From: an uncultured Nitrososphaerales archaeon
Lineage (GTDB): Archaea; Thermoproteota; Nitrososphaeria; Nitrososphaerales; Nitrososphaeraceae
Length of the DNA stretch: 64,000 nt
Direction of reading: 5' to 3'
Assembly: GCA_963713605.1 (NCBI GenBank)
Contig: CAVQMO010000001.1
Location: 224,001-288,000, forward strand
Under the pieces are notes generated by a model, which was not told where the DNA came from, made no database searches, and saw nothing but the letters and a program-made list of their open reading frames with translations. Position numbers and translations under genes: made by a program. Shown here piece by piece: positions 21,842 through 32,815 of the stretch (its first letter is position 1; each line of letters begins with the position of its first letter).

Positions 21842-22755
21842 ATGATAGAAGGACTAAGTCCAATGCCAAAGAGAATTGTCATCAATGACCGGCTCGTCAG
21901 CCAAACGATGAAGCCCAGATCCATATCTTCTCGAAAAGGCGAAAACGGGATCATGCTCGTAGTTGGGGCAAGCGACATATACCATGGTGCCCCGTTATTG
22001 AGTTCGATGGCCGGTCTCAGATCAGGGGTCGACCTTGTTTATACCGGAGTACCAGAACGAAACGTTCTAGCTCTAAGGTCCTATTCTCCGAACATTATTG
22101 TCATTCCCTTCTCACACAATTCACTGGATATTACTTCCGTAAGAGAAATCCTTCACGTTCTTCCAAAGAAACCAGATGTTGCTGCCATAGGGATGGGATT
22201 AAATATAGCCCAGATCAAAGGACTGACTTACCTGATAAATGAACTTAAGGGTATGCAAACCAAACTCCTCCTTGACGCTTCTGCGTTAATCCCAGATGTT
22301 CTAAAACATATATCAGGAACCAACACAATAATCACCCCTCATCTTGGAGAATTCAAGCGCATATTCTCAACAGAAAGCTCTATCCAGGTTTTAATTCAGA
22401 AAAGGCAAGCCTCAAGAAATTGATATCACTTGTGGTTGAAATGGCAGAAAAATACGGCATCACAATAATCTTGAAGGGTGAAAATAATGTAATAGCGAGC
22501 GGAATTGGCGGAAATGTATCAGTGATCAAACGCAGTACCCCGGCGATGACTGTAGGAGGGACTGGAGATGTTCTGTCAGGATTAGTAGCAGGTCTTCTCA
22601 CCAAATTGGATCCATTTTTTGCCTCTATCATGGGCGTTTACTTAAATGGCTTAGCTGCACTGCAGGCCTCCAAAAGGCTAGGTTTGCATCTCCTCGCAAC
22701 TGACCTTATCGATAATTTGCCTTACGTGATGAAGAAATTTGATAAGATCAAGTAG
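21842..22755 (+). CDS. nnrD: ADP-dependent NAD(P)H-hydrate dehydratase (frameshift near 22380)
   Basis: RKGENG...GAP, LDA and ITPHLGEF, then LKG and GGTGDVLSG in the second frame. Confidence 0.9.
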
Positions 22756-23212
22756 GTGGCATACTGATTCCTTATTCCGGCAAATCAAGCCGACTCCTTC
22801 TTGGTTCAATAATTGAGGTACGGTAAATCAATGAATCTAGTGCCTGACTAACTAGTGTGATAGACCATAAATTTGGTAGCAAAATGGCCTCACTCTATAA
22901 CCTCAAAGCCTAGCTAAGGGTCTCTCCTATTTTAGAACTTGCTCCTTACTTTGAGCCAATGAATTATTCATGTTCTCCGATTTTCATGGAGGAGGGTAGT
23001 CAATTTTTTTCTCAAAGCTTTTCTAACTTGATGCAAACTACGTTGCTTTCTCAAAATCGGGATGTGTTAAGCGTGATTTACTTCAAAGATTTTTTGAAGC
23101 AAGTTTGTCACAGTTGGAATATTCTGGAGAATTCAAGTCTCATTTGGTACAGGTTTTAACACGAATAGAATATATAATTGAAAAGGCTAGAAAACTTAGT
23201 TAAGGAACATCA

Positions 23213-23699
23213 ATGAGTAATCAGCGCATTTACGACCTTTACCTAAAGTATAAAGAAGTTTTGTATTTCAATAAAAACCTAATAATTGCAGGCATATCAT
23301 CACTCCTAGTTGGTAGTCTAGTTACTCAGCTATACTCGCAGACAGGAGGAAGCAATCTTATAAATTCCTTTGTCTCAATAGCTACTGAGTACAGTGTATT
23401 CTTTCCAATTTTCGGAATACTTTTCTATATCGACAATAGAAACAGGTATCTCGATCCAGTTACGAAAAAGAGAGATACCCACAAATTAAGGAGCGACATA
23501 AAGAAGCTTATAGCGACTTTTTCGGTCTCTGAAATAATTTATTCCACATCAAAAATTCTGATCCTTTATCAGCTCCTCCAGCTCAGCTATAATGTCTCCG
23601 TATCAGACAGCTATTCTAAGTACTGTGTTATCATGGATGCTCTCAGCCATCACTATTAACATCATGATAAGAATAGTAAAACTAGTTAGAACCAATTAG
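23213..23699 (+). CDS. Hypothetical membrane protein (frameshift near 23595)
   Basis: Hydrophobic ORF whose final TM (PYQTAILSTVLSWMLSAITIN) continues in the +1 frame to TAG 23699. Confidence 0.65.
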
Positions 23700-23801
23700 G
23701 ACTTTTGCGTATAACATCAGATGAAGGTTAGCATAATCAATCCCTTGTCTAGCAGTCATCATGGTCCAAGCTGTAGGAACTAGTTGTCATTTCACCTGAT
23801 C

Positions 23802-25043
23802 TCAGAAACCAGCTTGGATTGGGGAGTCTGGTTTCATAATTTCTCGTAAGAGGGTAGTGGCATATGAGCCCTTAGGCAATTTGAAACTGATGCGTAGAGA
23901 TCCAATATGATTAAATCCCTTACACCAAAGAACCGATTGTCTGAATCCCCCCTTGACACTAAGCTCCTGCATATCTCGTATGTAGAAATCTTTTGGAGTC
24001 AGTCCTTCCTCTTTGAGTATTTTTTGTGATGTAGATTCGAATCGTCCTTTTCCGGTCTGAAACGAATATCCTACAAGTCGCAACGCGGGTAGCACTGTAG
24101 AAAAGGTGTCAACGCTGGGGTTTAGTTTCCTAATCTTTCCAAGTACATCATTACCTTCGATCTCAAAACACAAGTCACCATCCCTACATTTTGTTATATC
24201 CTCACCGCTAGATAGAGAATCACTAATACTAAGATTGAAGACATATGCTTGATAGGCCTGGACATACAATCGTCGAATCCCGATGGGGATGGCCCTTAAC
24301 GCACGAATATAGTCTCTCTTATAAAGTAACGATCGCACTATTTCTCTTTCAATATCCATACCTTTAGGCAACAGACCAATGAGTTTGTTGTAGTTACTCG
24401 GGTCCGATAATTGTTCCCTGATTTCTCTGCTATATACGGTATCATATTTGGTCGTCTCAGTTAGTAGCATTTCAGATGCTCGTCTAAAATTCCCCTTAAG
24501 TATTTCTCTTCCAACATTATGAGTTACCATCCTTTCACTCCCAAACCTCTGGAGACCATAGAAATTAGCTATCATATCCAATTCAGGCAGAAAATCAGTC
24601 AAATCTGTATGCTTGGGTTCAACTATCAGAACTGTAAATTGATTTCCCCAAAGATCCGATTTTGATAGTAGAGTGCTACTGTATCCTATAAGACAAATTT
24701 CAGTATGGTAAGTCTTGGTCCTTAGGGGTAGATTCCTTGTTTTCTGAATTGTGGTGGCAAATTGCATCGTGCTCGCCTTGGCATCTTTTATACCGAGGAC
24801 TCTTAGTTCCAAATTAAGTTGGTTACGTATTTCGATGATAGCATGATTGGAATCAATATTATGCTTTTTTAGAATAAAAATTGGAAAGCGATGGGTAGAG
24901 GTTGAATTCTTAGACACGTTTTCAAGGTATTGTTTATTTATGAGCTCTTTTACTTGAAAATCCTCTGGATTCTGTTTGATCTTTCCGCCTAATCCACTAA
25001 ACGCAGTACAATAGTGTTTAATACCGGCTTGCTGATCAATCAA
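23802..25043 (-). CDS. truD: tRNA pseudouridine(13) synthase
   Basis: PEDFQVKE, GIKD, GNQF, NFYGLQRFG and LPKGSYAT motifs. Confidence 0.95.
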   Translation of the reverse strand: MIDQQAGIKHYCTAFSGLGGKIKQNPEDFQVKELINKQYLENVSKNSTSTHRFPIFILKKHNIDSNHAIIEIRNQLNLELRVLGIKDAKASTMQFATTIQKTRNLPLRTKTYHTEICLIGYSSTLLSKSDLWGNQFTVLIVEPKHTDLTDFLPELDMIANFYGLQRFGSERMVTHNVGREILKGNFRRASEMLLTETTKYDTVYSREIREQLSDPSNYNKLIGLLPKGMDIEREIVRSLLYKRDYIRALRAIPIGIRRLYVQAYQAYVFNLSISDSLSSGEDITKCRDGDLCFEIEGNDVLGKIRKLNPSVDTFSTVLPALRLVGYSFQTGKGRFESTSQKILKEEGLTPKDFYIRDMQELSVKGGFRQSVLWCKGFNHIGSLRISFKLPKGSYATTLLREIMKPDSPIQAGF

Positions 25044-25155
25044 GGGAACGGTCTTTTCCAGGCTGAGAACCTCACTTCAAAGAAGATATCTTAAGCCTTC
25101 AAATCCTTCAATTCTAGTTTTGACAGTCATTGACAGCAGAACATTTTGATAGCTA

Positions 25156-25473
25156 TCATTTTGTAGCATCCAATTTTACACATCTATAATATATTGTTCC
25201 ATCAATTGTGACATCCTCTATCCTTATTGAGCGGAGGTTACCAATCTTGTTAGCCTTTCTATGTACAATAATTCCAGATAAATTACTGATTACATCTTGA
25301 AAAGACAGTTTAAGCATCAGGTAATTAATGTCTTCTTCTCTAGTACCTGTAAACTCTGCAATTTCTTTTACAGAGAATGCTTTATCGCTATTTCGACACA
25401 AGAAATCTACTACGATTCGGTTTAGGTCTTTATGCGCTTCGAATTCTGATGCATCGATAGGCGGAGGAGTCAT
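25156..25473 (-). CDS. Hypothetical wHTH-like protein
   Basis: IVVDFL...KAFSVKEIAE...IYY pattern. Confidence 0.6.
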   Translation of the reverse strand: MTPPPIDASEFEAHKDLNRIVVDFLCRNSDKAFSVKEIAEFTGTREEDINYLMLKLSFQDVISNLSGIIVHRKANKIGNLRSIRIEDVTIDGTIYYRCVKLDATK

Positions 25474-25583
25474 TAACCTGCTAAATAAATTGATACTTAT
25501 ATAACCGAATCTGTGTAAGTAGGACCATCTATTACAGTCCCTTTAAGTCTCTAAGTCATTGCCCAAAAAAGTTACAAAAAGAC

Positions 25584-26601
25584 CTACATTTTGATTCTAT
25601 CCAGCAACTCAACAACCTCCTCAAGGCTTGGTGACTCGGCCGAATGATTACGGACATAAAGCGAGGATGCGGCATTCGCGAACGTTAACCTGTCTACAGG
25701 ATCCAGACCAGCAAGATATGCAACGACATCAGCCGCGTCCCATACATCTCCCGCACCAGTTAGGGTTCTGATTTCGCTTCTGATTGTTGGAACTATTTCA
25801 CTGTCTTTCCCGTTTGACCAAGCCGATCCTAATTTGGTATGAATGTCAATACTTATTCCGATTTTCTTAGATAGCTTTAGCGCAGCGTCCTCGATCTCTT
25901 GTCTTGAGTACGATTGCCAGGGTAACAAAGTACCTAATCCCAGTGATGATCCGAGTGTGTTACATTCATTTTCATTGATACTAAGCACATCTACTAGATT
26001 TGATAAGAGAGCAAGGATTTCAATAAATTCTTCCTTCCTGAGTTGAAAATCAGCTGGATCAACGAAATGTAGAGCCTTTGGCGAGCTTTCAAATGCGAAT
26101 TTCATTAATTCAGTTCCTTTTAGGTTGCTTGCCCAATTCGCAACGATGACTGCGTCTGCTCTATTTAATATTTTCATATGGTTCTCTGTGTTTACTCTCG
26201 CTTTACCAAAGTCCGCATTATCTCCAACATCACTTAGCATAACATTCACTTTAGAATCGCCCCCCTCATTTTCAAATAATTCCATCGAGGTTGTTTTTCC
26301 TTGTATCCCCTCAGAGATCAAAATTTCTGCATTCTCTCCGAATTTTTGAAATGCGGTTTCGATTACAGATCTCGCAATATTATCCCCCACCGTGAAAAAC
26401 GCTACTCTTCCTCCTAGCTTCAGCTACGCTGTAGGCAATGTTAGCAGCATTTCCTCCCTTTCGATCGAGCGTTGGAATTTCGCGTATACTCCCTCCTCCT
26501 ACGCGAATCTTGTTAACGATCGACTGAAAAAGCTCATCTTGGGATTGCAACAGTAGAATTCGATCTAAAAAGAAATCTGGCATAGTAACTATCTGATTCA
26601 T
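25584..26601 (-). CDS. PfkB-family carbohydrate kinase (frameshift near 26420)
   Basis: PDFFLDR and GGNAAN in the upstream frame. SINENE and TGAGDVWD in the downstream frame. Confidence 0.87.
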
Positions 26602-26848
26602 ATACGAATAATAGTTCTTGATCGCTAAGGATATGTCCATTATGGCTTTTTCCAATGATATTCCTCTTTCGGGAGAGGGTTATATTATTTGTCAACATTA
26701 AACAAAGGGACTAGATCTTTTTCATTTTTAATATACTACCAAACGTGAGATTGTTGAGTTCTATATATATACATTCAATTTCGCTCGACAAAAAAATCTT
26801 GCTTGAATTGGACTATAGCTTCCTAAAGTCATTAATTTAAAGACTGTA

Positions 26849-27409
26849 CTAGTCTCGTGAATTTTTCAATACCTTTTTTTCATTTGGAGAAGGAACAATT
26901 TTTAATTTTGCATCCTCGAATTGCTTTGTTAGCTCCTTTCCATTGAAAATTCTGTCCAAGCATATTGCTAAAGCAGCTATTTCAGAATGAGGCTGGTTTC
27001 CTACTGCTACATTGTAATCAGAGACTTGGTACAGCTCCTTAGGAACCTTAGAAGCACCCACCACCACGAGCAGCTTATCACAGTTACGTAATTCATCTAT
27101 GACATCATCTATGTTTAGACCGTACATGGTCAAATGAACGATCTTTCCGCCTCCGTTCTTCCAATGCTTTACTATCGATTTCCAATTCTCGATTATTTCT
27201 ATGTCAAAGTACCTCCCTCCCCATCTCTTTATAATCTCCTCAATCGTTGATCTAATCGATTTATCCACTTCATTCATGAAAATTCGATCACAACCCAAAG
27301 CTCTTGCTACCAGAGCAATGTGAGTAGTTACACGATCATCTCTGACAAATCTATGTCCTATTCTTAGAACCGATACCTTCAAACGAGATCTCCTAACTGG
27401 ATTATTCAT
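26849..27409 (-). CDS. trm56: tRNA (cytidine56-2'-O)-methyltransferase
   Basis: LRIGHR..RDDRVTTH, HLTMYG and NQPHSEIAALA motifs. Confidence 0.95.
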   Translation of the reverse strand: MNNPVRRSRLKVSVLRIGHRFVRDDRVTTHIALVARALGCDRIFMNEVDKSIRSTIEEIIKRWGGRYFDIEIIENWKSIVKHWKNGGGKIVHLTMYGLNIDDVIDELRNCDKLLVVVGASKVPKELYQVSDYNVAVGNQPHSEIAALAICLDRIFNGKELTKQFEDAKLKIVPSPNEKKVLKNSRD

Positions 27410-27739
27410 TTCCTACTGTTATTCTTCATAAACTTTTCTTAACGACTCTATAAGGTTGAAATCTTGTGCACTGATTTGCTTCTGTTGTAATCAATGGAAC
27501 CATATTGCAAGTGGGACCTTTCACGCTAAAACAACTCTGCCAGCGCCGGTCAAATGGATGGCGTTAGACCAGTTTTCAGCTATCTGCCTAAACCGTAACG
27601 ATACCTGTCTTGCAACAGAAGGCATGCAGCGAATGCATCCGATTGAAAGTCAATTGCACAGACAGGTCGACTATTTAATTCAAGCTTCACGGAGGATCTG
27701 ATAGGAATATATATGATCCATCCAAGAACACTGTAACGT

Positions 27740-27833
27740 GCCGTCGTAGCTCAGCCCGGGAGAGCACTCGACCAATTAGTGTGGGGTGAAGCTGAAGACC
27801 GAGCTGTCGTGAGCTCAAATCTCACCGACGGCA
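27740..27833 (+). tRNA. tRNA-Phe(GAA) with 20-nt non-canonical intron (30/31) at 27771-27790
   Basis: Acceptor GCCGTCG/CGACGGC. After splicing the anticodon arm is CTCGG-CTGAAGA-CCGAG. BHB helix CACT/GGTG with bulges CGA and AAG. Confidence 0.92.
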
Positions 27834-28071
27834 TTTTCGGTTGGGGAAATTCTTATATCAGATCGAAATGGTAAAAAATACCCTACTTAATAGAGTATCT
27901 GATGCTCCATCAGCTGATAAGAAGAATTTTCTGCAATCACGTGGAATCATTCGCATTTCGGAAGTATAATGACTTTGACTTTCGGGAATACGATCAGTGT
28001 TCCAAATGCGGTAAAATCTTGAGGCATCTGAAGGGGTTTGACGAAGATCTGCGTGGCTAGGTTAATGAATT

Positions 28072-28284
28072 ATGGCAAAATCAAACTTACAAACCTTAAT
28101 TATCATTTGGTGGGTAGGTGCAGCTCTTGCAGGTATTTCTTTATTCATCCCCCTGTACGAAGTTTATCTCATCGTGGGGATAACTGGCTGGATTATAATG
28201 CCAATAAGCACCTGTTTAATCATCTACATGATCAAGAAGATCAAAAAAGAGGATCGAAGTAAAGAGCTACCTCAAAATGAGTAG
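28072..28284 (+). CDS. Small two-TM membrane protein
   Basis: Two hydrophobic helices and a basic tail. Confidence 0.6.
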   Translation: MAKSNLQTLIIIWWVGAALAGISLFIPLYEVYLIVGITGWIIMPISTCLIIYMIKKIKKEDRSKELPQNE

Positions 28285-28539
28285 CTAAAGATTTTCCTTG
28301 CCTCCTTGCTCTTCTATAACTACTAGTGTTACGGTGGAAGTTATTCCTGGGATTTTTCTAATCTTGTTGGTTATAGTGTGGTTCATTGCCTCCGTGTTGT
28401 CTGATTTTACTTTCACGAAAACATCATGAACACCATATGTTCCTCTTACTTCTTTCACGTCAGGCAAATTGGAGATTTCACTAATAATTCGCTCTTCCGA
28501 TCCTAATGTGCAGTTTACCAATATGTAAGCAGTAGGCAT
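28285..28539 (-). CDS. Stand-alone Lrp/AsnC ligand-binding (RAM) domain protein
   Basis: AYILVN...GTYGVHDVFVKV...IRKIPGITSTVT. Confidence 0.9.
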   Translation of the reverse strand: MPTAYILVNCTLGSEERIISEISNLPDVKEVRGTYGVHDVFVKVKSDNTEAMNHTITNKIRKIPGITSTVTLVVIEEQGGKENL

Positions 28540-28816
28540 CTAAATTCCTTCTATATTCTTTAGTATTTTAGTGTTGTTGGCATCTAATTAGCGGCCTGAT
28601 TCTGCGATAATATGCATATCTGACATATAATCTTGAATCATTTTGTCTATGACAATCACATATTAATCAGATTCTGTGCGACAGCATACGAGATAGCCCT
28701 ATCCAGATGGACTGATGTTGAAGTTGAGCCATTCATCCTCTAAATTCCTCTCCACTTTTACTCTAATTCAAGATTGAAAAAGAATTCATATAAGAACATT
28801 GAAGTGATCTCATCAG

Positions 28817-29401
28817 ATGAATAAGAGGAAGATCATTTACATCTCTTCAGCCGTCGCAATAGCTGTAGTCGCTGGGGTTACCTACTGGGGAGTTGCTTCT
28901 AACAACGAGAATGCTGAAAGACAAGCCCCTGCGCCAACTCTCCAAAGTCCTTCAAACACAGAAATACAATCAACAGATCGGACAGACAATCCTATTGTCA
29001 TTTCAATCAAGAATGTTACGGTTGAACCCATAGATAGTTCACATTCCAATTTGCAGATTACTTTTGATGCTCATAATCCCAATAGGGGGACTATTATTCT
29101 TGAGTCAATTCAATACAAAGTTCTAGTTAACGACAGCGAAATTGCATCAGGCGAAATCGGTGAAAGGTTGGAAGGCTTTCTTGAGTCTCAAGGTAATGTC
29201 TTTCCAGTAATAGCTTCTGGGAATGTAACTCTAAAAGATATCGATCAAATTGCTCGGAACAGCGAAAATTCAGATATCTGGAATCGGTTGAGTATGAACC
29301 AGATGGAGTCTTACCAAGTGAACGGCACATACTCATTTAGCCAGACGTCTACACTTCAAGCTAGTGGAGGAGACCAATCTTTCACTTTAAGTTTTCCTTG
29401 A
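28817..29401 (+). CDS. Membrane-anchored LEA_2/WHy-like protein
   Basis: N-terminal TM, then FDAHNPN...IQYKVLVND..IASG. Confidence 0.72.
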   Translation: MNKRKIIYISSAVAIAVVAGVTYWGVASNNENAERQAPAPTLQSPSNTEIQSTDRTDNPIVISIKNVTVEPIDSSHSNLQITFDAHNPNRGTIILESIQYKVLVNDSEIASGEIGERLEGFLESQGNVFPVIASGNVTLKDIDQIARNSENSDIWNRLSMNQMESYQVNGTYSFSQTSTLQASGGDQSFTLSFP

Positions 29402-30061
29402 TTAAGCCGATTCATCTTTAGACTTGCCAAATAGACTTTCTATCGAGAAGCTGGTTTCCTTTCTTTCCATCATGTAACATCTCCCATAATATTTGCAAGT
29501 CATGCAAGTTTCAGACGGCTCAATGATAGGCACTCTTTTTTCTTTAAGGAGCGTACTCAGGACCCTTGCTCTTCTTATTAATTCCTCAAACATTTTCGCA
29601 CTTTTTGCTACTAAAAATTCTGAAGATTTCCCATCTCCTCGTACATAGATCAAAATTCCCTCTGGTTTGTCGAAAGCATAAAGACAGGCGTTGAGATACA
29701 GCAAATCTTGTGGCTTAGGAGAATCTGGCAAGGAATCTGTTATTTGCAACCTTACTACAAGCTCCTTTTCTAGAATGATATCTGCTGTAAGTACCAGGGT
29801 CAGATTATCAGTCTTATATTCCGATTCTACGTTTTCGAACGACTGTCTAAATCCATGCGTCAGAAGGATTTGGAATAGTTCTGCTGAATTTGAATTTATT
29901 GGATCGACTCTCTCATAATATGAAAGTCTTGTACACTGAGACGCTTCAGATGTATAAATTCTGGTCGGATCATTAATAATTCTTCTTAATTTTCTACGCC
30001 TCTCATTCAGGTAGGTCACTATCATCTTTCTAACATCCCTGCCACCTAACATGCTATTCAT
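29402..30061 (-). CDS. Solo Cas4-like / RecB-fold Fe-S protein with degenerate nuclease motif
   Basis: SEASQCTRLSYY N-terminal Cys plus C-terminal CMTCKYYGRC. Confidence 0.72.
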   Translation of the reverse strand: MNSMLGGRDVRKMIVTYLNERRRKLRRIINDPTRIYTSEASQCTRLSYYERVDPINSNSAELFQILLTHGFRQSFENVESEYKTDNLTLVLTADIILEKELVVRLQITDSLPDSPKPQDLLYLNACLYAFDKPEGILIYVRGDGKSSEFLVAKSAKMFEELIRRARVLSTLLKEKRVPIIEPSETCMTCKYYGRCYMMERKETSFSIESLFGKSKDESA

Positions 30062-30193
30062 AGTACATTGTAAGGGTATTTGAAATTATTATGGGTAAAA
30101 TTTGGCTAAGCTCAAAATTTTCCGACGTTTGAACAAATTCGGGTAGGTTTAAATATTTGAATGCAGATCACATAGCTGTTTTTATATAAGATA

Positions 30194-31099
30194 ATGAAAA
30201 GTTCAATCCAGTGTCCCGTATGCAATCGAAGCAATCAAAATATTGCAGATCCTGATTCTGGCGAAATCATTTGTGGCAATTGTGGTACGGTCATTTTAGA
30301 GAATGTCGAGGAAAATAGAGCAGAGTGGAGGGCCTTTAGCGTGGAAGAAGCTAACCATAGGAGCAGAACTGGAATGCCAACGTCACTGGCCAGACATGAT
30401 ATGGGACTAGCTACTGTAATAGGTCGAACTGATAAGGACGCTAGTGGGAAAGGATTAGATGCCGTAGTCAGATCTACAATGGATAGATTAAGAGCTTGGG
30501 ATTTCAGAACACAGGCATATTCCCCTGCAGATAGGAATCTTCGACATGCTTTCAGTATTTTGGAAAGAATTAGAGATAAGCTTGGGTTGTCTGAAGCAGC
30601 TATCGAGAAAACCGCTTACATTTACAGAAAAGCCCAAGAAAGGGGATTGGTTCGAGGAAGAACCATACCATCAGTACTCTCTGCGGCAGCATATATAGCT
30701 TGTAGGGAAATGGGGATTTCAAGAACCCTTAGTGATATCTCAGATCTCACAAATATTAAGAGAAAAGAATTGGCAAGAACTACTCGATTGCTCATACTAG
30801 AATTGGATTTGAAGGTGCCTATGGTCGACCCCATAAAATGCATTGTAAAAGTGGCCAATAAGACGAGGCTGAGTGAACGAACAAAACGTGAAGCTATGAG
30901 TATAATGCAGAATGTTACGAAACACGGAATTTCTGCAGGAAAGGATCCAATGGGTTTAGCTGGCTCTGTATTGTATTTGTCGTCGAAAAACGTGGGAGAA
31001 ACCATCACTCAAATGGATATAGCAGAAGCTGCCGGCGTAACAGAGGTTACAATTAGGAATCGGTTTAAGGATCTCAAGAGTCGATTGGAACTTAATTAG
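30194..31099 (+). CDS. tfb: Transcription initiation factor IIB
   Basis: Zinc ribbon CPVC...CGNCG, EWRAF, two cyclin repeats and GVTEVTIRNR. Confidence 0.96.
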   Translation: MKSSIQCPVCNRSNQNIADPDSGEIICGNCGTVILENVEENRAEWRAFSVEEANHRSRTGMPTSLARHDMGLATVIGRTDKDASGKGLDAVVRSTMDRLRAWDFRTQAYSPADRNLRHAFSILERIRDKLGLSEAAIEKTAYIYRKAQERGLVRGRTIPSVLSAAAYIACREMGISRTLSDISDLTNIKRKELARTTRLLILELDLKVPMVDPIKCIVKVANKTRLSERTKREAMSIMQNVTKHGISAGKDPMGLAGSVLYLSSKNVGETITQMDIAEAAGVTEVTIRNRFKDLKSRLELN

Positions 31100-31196
31100 A
31101 ATTATTAACTTTCCTCCTTTTCGCTTTTGAGGATTTACGGGATACTAATAGATTGATTTTCATAAACAGATTCGTGTTCGGAAATGAACCATGGCA

Positions 31197-31254
31197 AGCA
31201 CGAGTCCATGTATGTAGTTTATGATAGCACGTGTCCATATATGTCTTTTATGAT
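31197..31254. repeat. Imperfect 29-bp tandem repeat, two copies
   Basis: agcacgagtccatgtatgtagtttatgat / agcacgtgtccatatatgtcttttatgat. Confidence 0.7.
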
Positions 31255-31358
31255 GTTCAGAAACTTTTTACATCTTTTGGGATTAGGGTGTTTTTCTGAC
31301 GAAGATCCAGGTACTGTCGAGTACAGGTGAAAAATATAGTCACAGTAAAATCCAAACA

Positions 31359-31433
31359 TGCGAAGTGCGGGATTTGAACCCGCGATCCCGAGCTTGGGAA
31401 GCTCGTACCTTAACCAGTCTGGGCTAACTTCGC
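31359..31433 (-). tRNA. tRNA-Gly(CCC)
   Basis: Acceptor GCGAAGT/ACTTCGC, anticodon arm CGAGC-TTCCCAA-GCTCG, T-loop TTCAAAT. Confidence 0.95.
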
Positions 31434-31727
31434 GGTATTTTATCTAGCTTACGTAAGACAATATAATTGTGATTAACCTCCAATAATCTTTTCCTTCCGA
31501 TAATTATCCCCAATCTGGTGGATCGGTATATGCTATCTGAAATCATATCTCCCATATATTAAGAATCATTATACAACTCCACATCGTTGATTCGAAATCG
31601 AAGTGGTGTAAAGACTTAAACTCTCGAATTTTCCATGTCGCATGGGATTGAAAGGAATATTACAAATTCGATTTAGTAGGAATCCAGAGTCACAGTCAGT
31701 CCATTATGTACCTCGGTTTTCCTATTT

Positions 31728-32035
31728 TTAAATCTCTACAAAGAGTATATCATCTTCAATTACAACTGTGTAAGATGCTATTGGTTCCAGAAATTCGCGG
31801 AACCAAATCAATTGTCCAGTTGTCAGATCCCATTTACTCCGTGCCACGGGCAAGTGAGTTCCTTATTGTGTATTTCGCCTTCATTCAATTCTGCTCCTTC
31901 ATGTGTGCAAATATTGCCAGTTGCATAATAGCTTCCCTCAATATTTGCCACTAGGATTTGTCTACCTCCGACTGTAACATTGGTAAACTCACCTTCTTGA
32001 ATGTCTGATCTTTTTCCAACGAGAATTCTAGCCAC
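31728..32035 (-). CDS. Rieske ferredoxin (frameshift near 31840)
   Basis: CTHEGA...CPWHG, continuing in another frame as SKWDLTTG...VIEDDILFVEI*. Confidence 0.85.
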
Positions 32036-32197
32036 ACATTCTATGTTCCCAGAGCATTATTTAATTTCTGGTTAAGGTAATGGTACTCTGGTTTCGATTT
32101 TGTAATTTTCTAATTCAACTTCCAGTTAGAAATAGTCACTCCGCATTGTCATTAGTTACCACTATAACTTGGTAGCTAGATTAGCAAGTGGACCTGT

Positions 32198-32665
32198 CTA
32201 TTTCTTTATGAGCGCTATAATCGGGTCCCAATCCAACTGCTGGAACGAAACAGGGTCTTTAAGAGGATACTTTACCCATCCTTTCACGACCATGAACTTG
32301 TAGCCCTTTGTGTCTTCGCTTTCCACAAACTTTAGTCTGAGGATGGTTCCCCATCTTTTCTTTTCTTGCCCGATTTTGATTATTCCGCTGAAGGGAATCT
32401 CTATGTTTTTATCACTTTCGTCCAAATCGTTCTGAAGGTCTATTTCATTATATCGTTCTATAGGCAGTAGAACAGATTCACCGTCTTTAAACCTCCTTAG
32501 TTGCCTCAGCGAGTATTCTTCATGCACGTTGTACTTCATTTTCGTTTTCATTATGAATGCTATGCGCATATTCGTTATCACAAGCATCCCCTCCTTGCCT
32601 CGCTTCATGAATCCTTCTTCTTGGCCCCAAATCCACATAAGATGATACTTTATGTTCTCTAACAA
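32198..32665 (-). CDS. Conserved hypothetical protein (PH/GRAM-like fold possible)
   Basis: GMLVITNMRIAF...IEIPFSGI pattern. Confidence 0.7.
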   Translation of the reverse strand: MLENIKYHLMWIWGQEEGFMKRGKEGMLVITNMRIAFIMKTKMKYNVHEEYSLRQLRRFKDGESVLLPIERYNEIDLQNDLDESDKNIEIPFSGIIKIGQEKKRWGTILRLKFVESEDTKGYKFMVVKGWVKYPLKDPVSFQQLDWDPIIALIKK

Positions 32666-32815
32666 CTTTATTCGGTCACGTGCGTAGAATAATTATTATG
32701 CAAATTAGGTCCACTATGAGGGATTTTCAATAGCCAAAAAATATGCGTAAACCCTAGTACCGCCTCTATTTATCAGATATAAAATTAGAAAAAAAAATTT
32801 AGGCCAATTACGACT

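Noticed and set aside
29402..31254. CRISPR-Cas locus (Cas4-like gene plus a nearby 29-bp repeat)
   Set aside because: Only two abutting repeat copies with no spacers, and no other cas genes.
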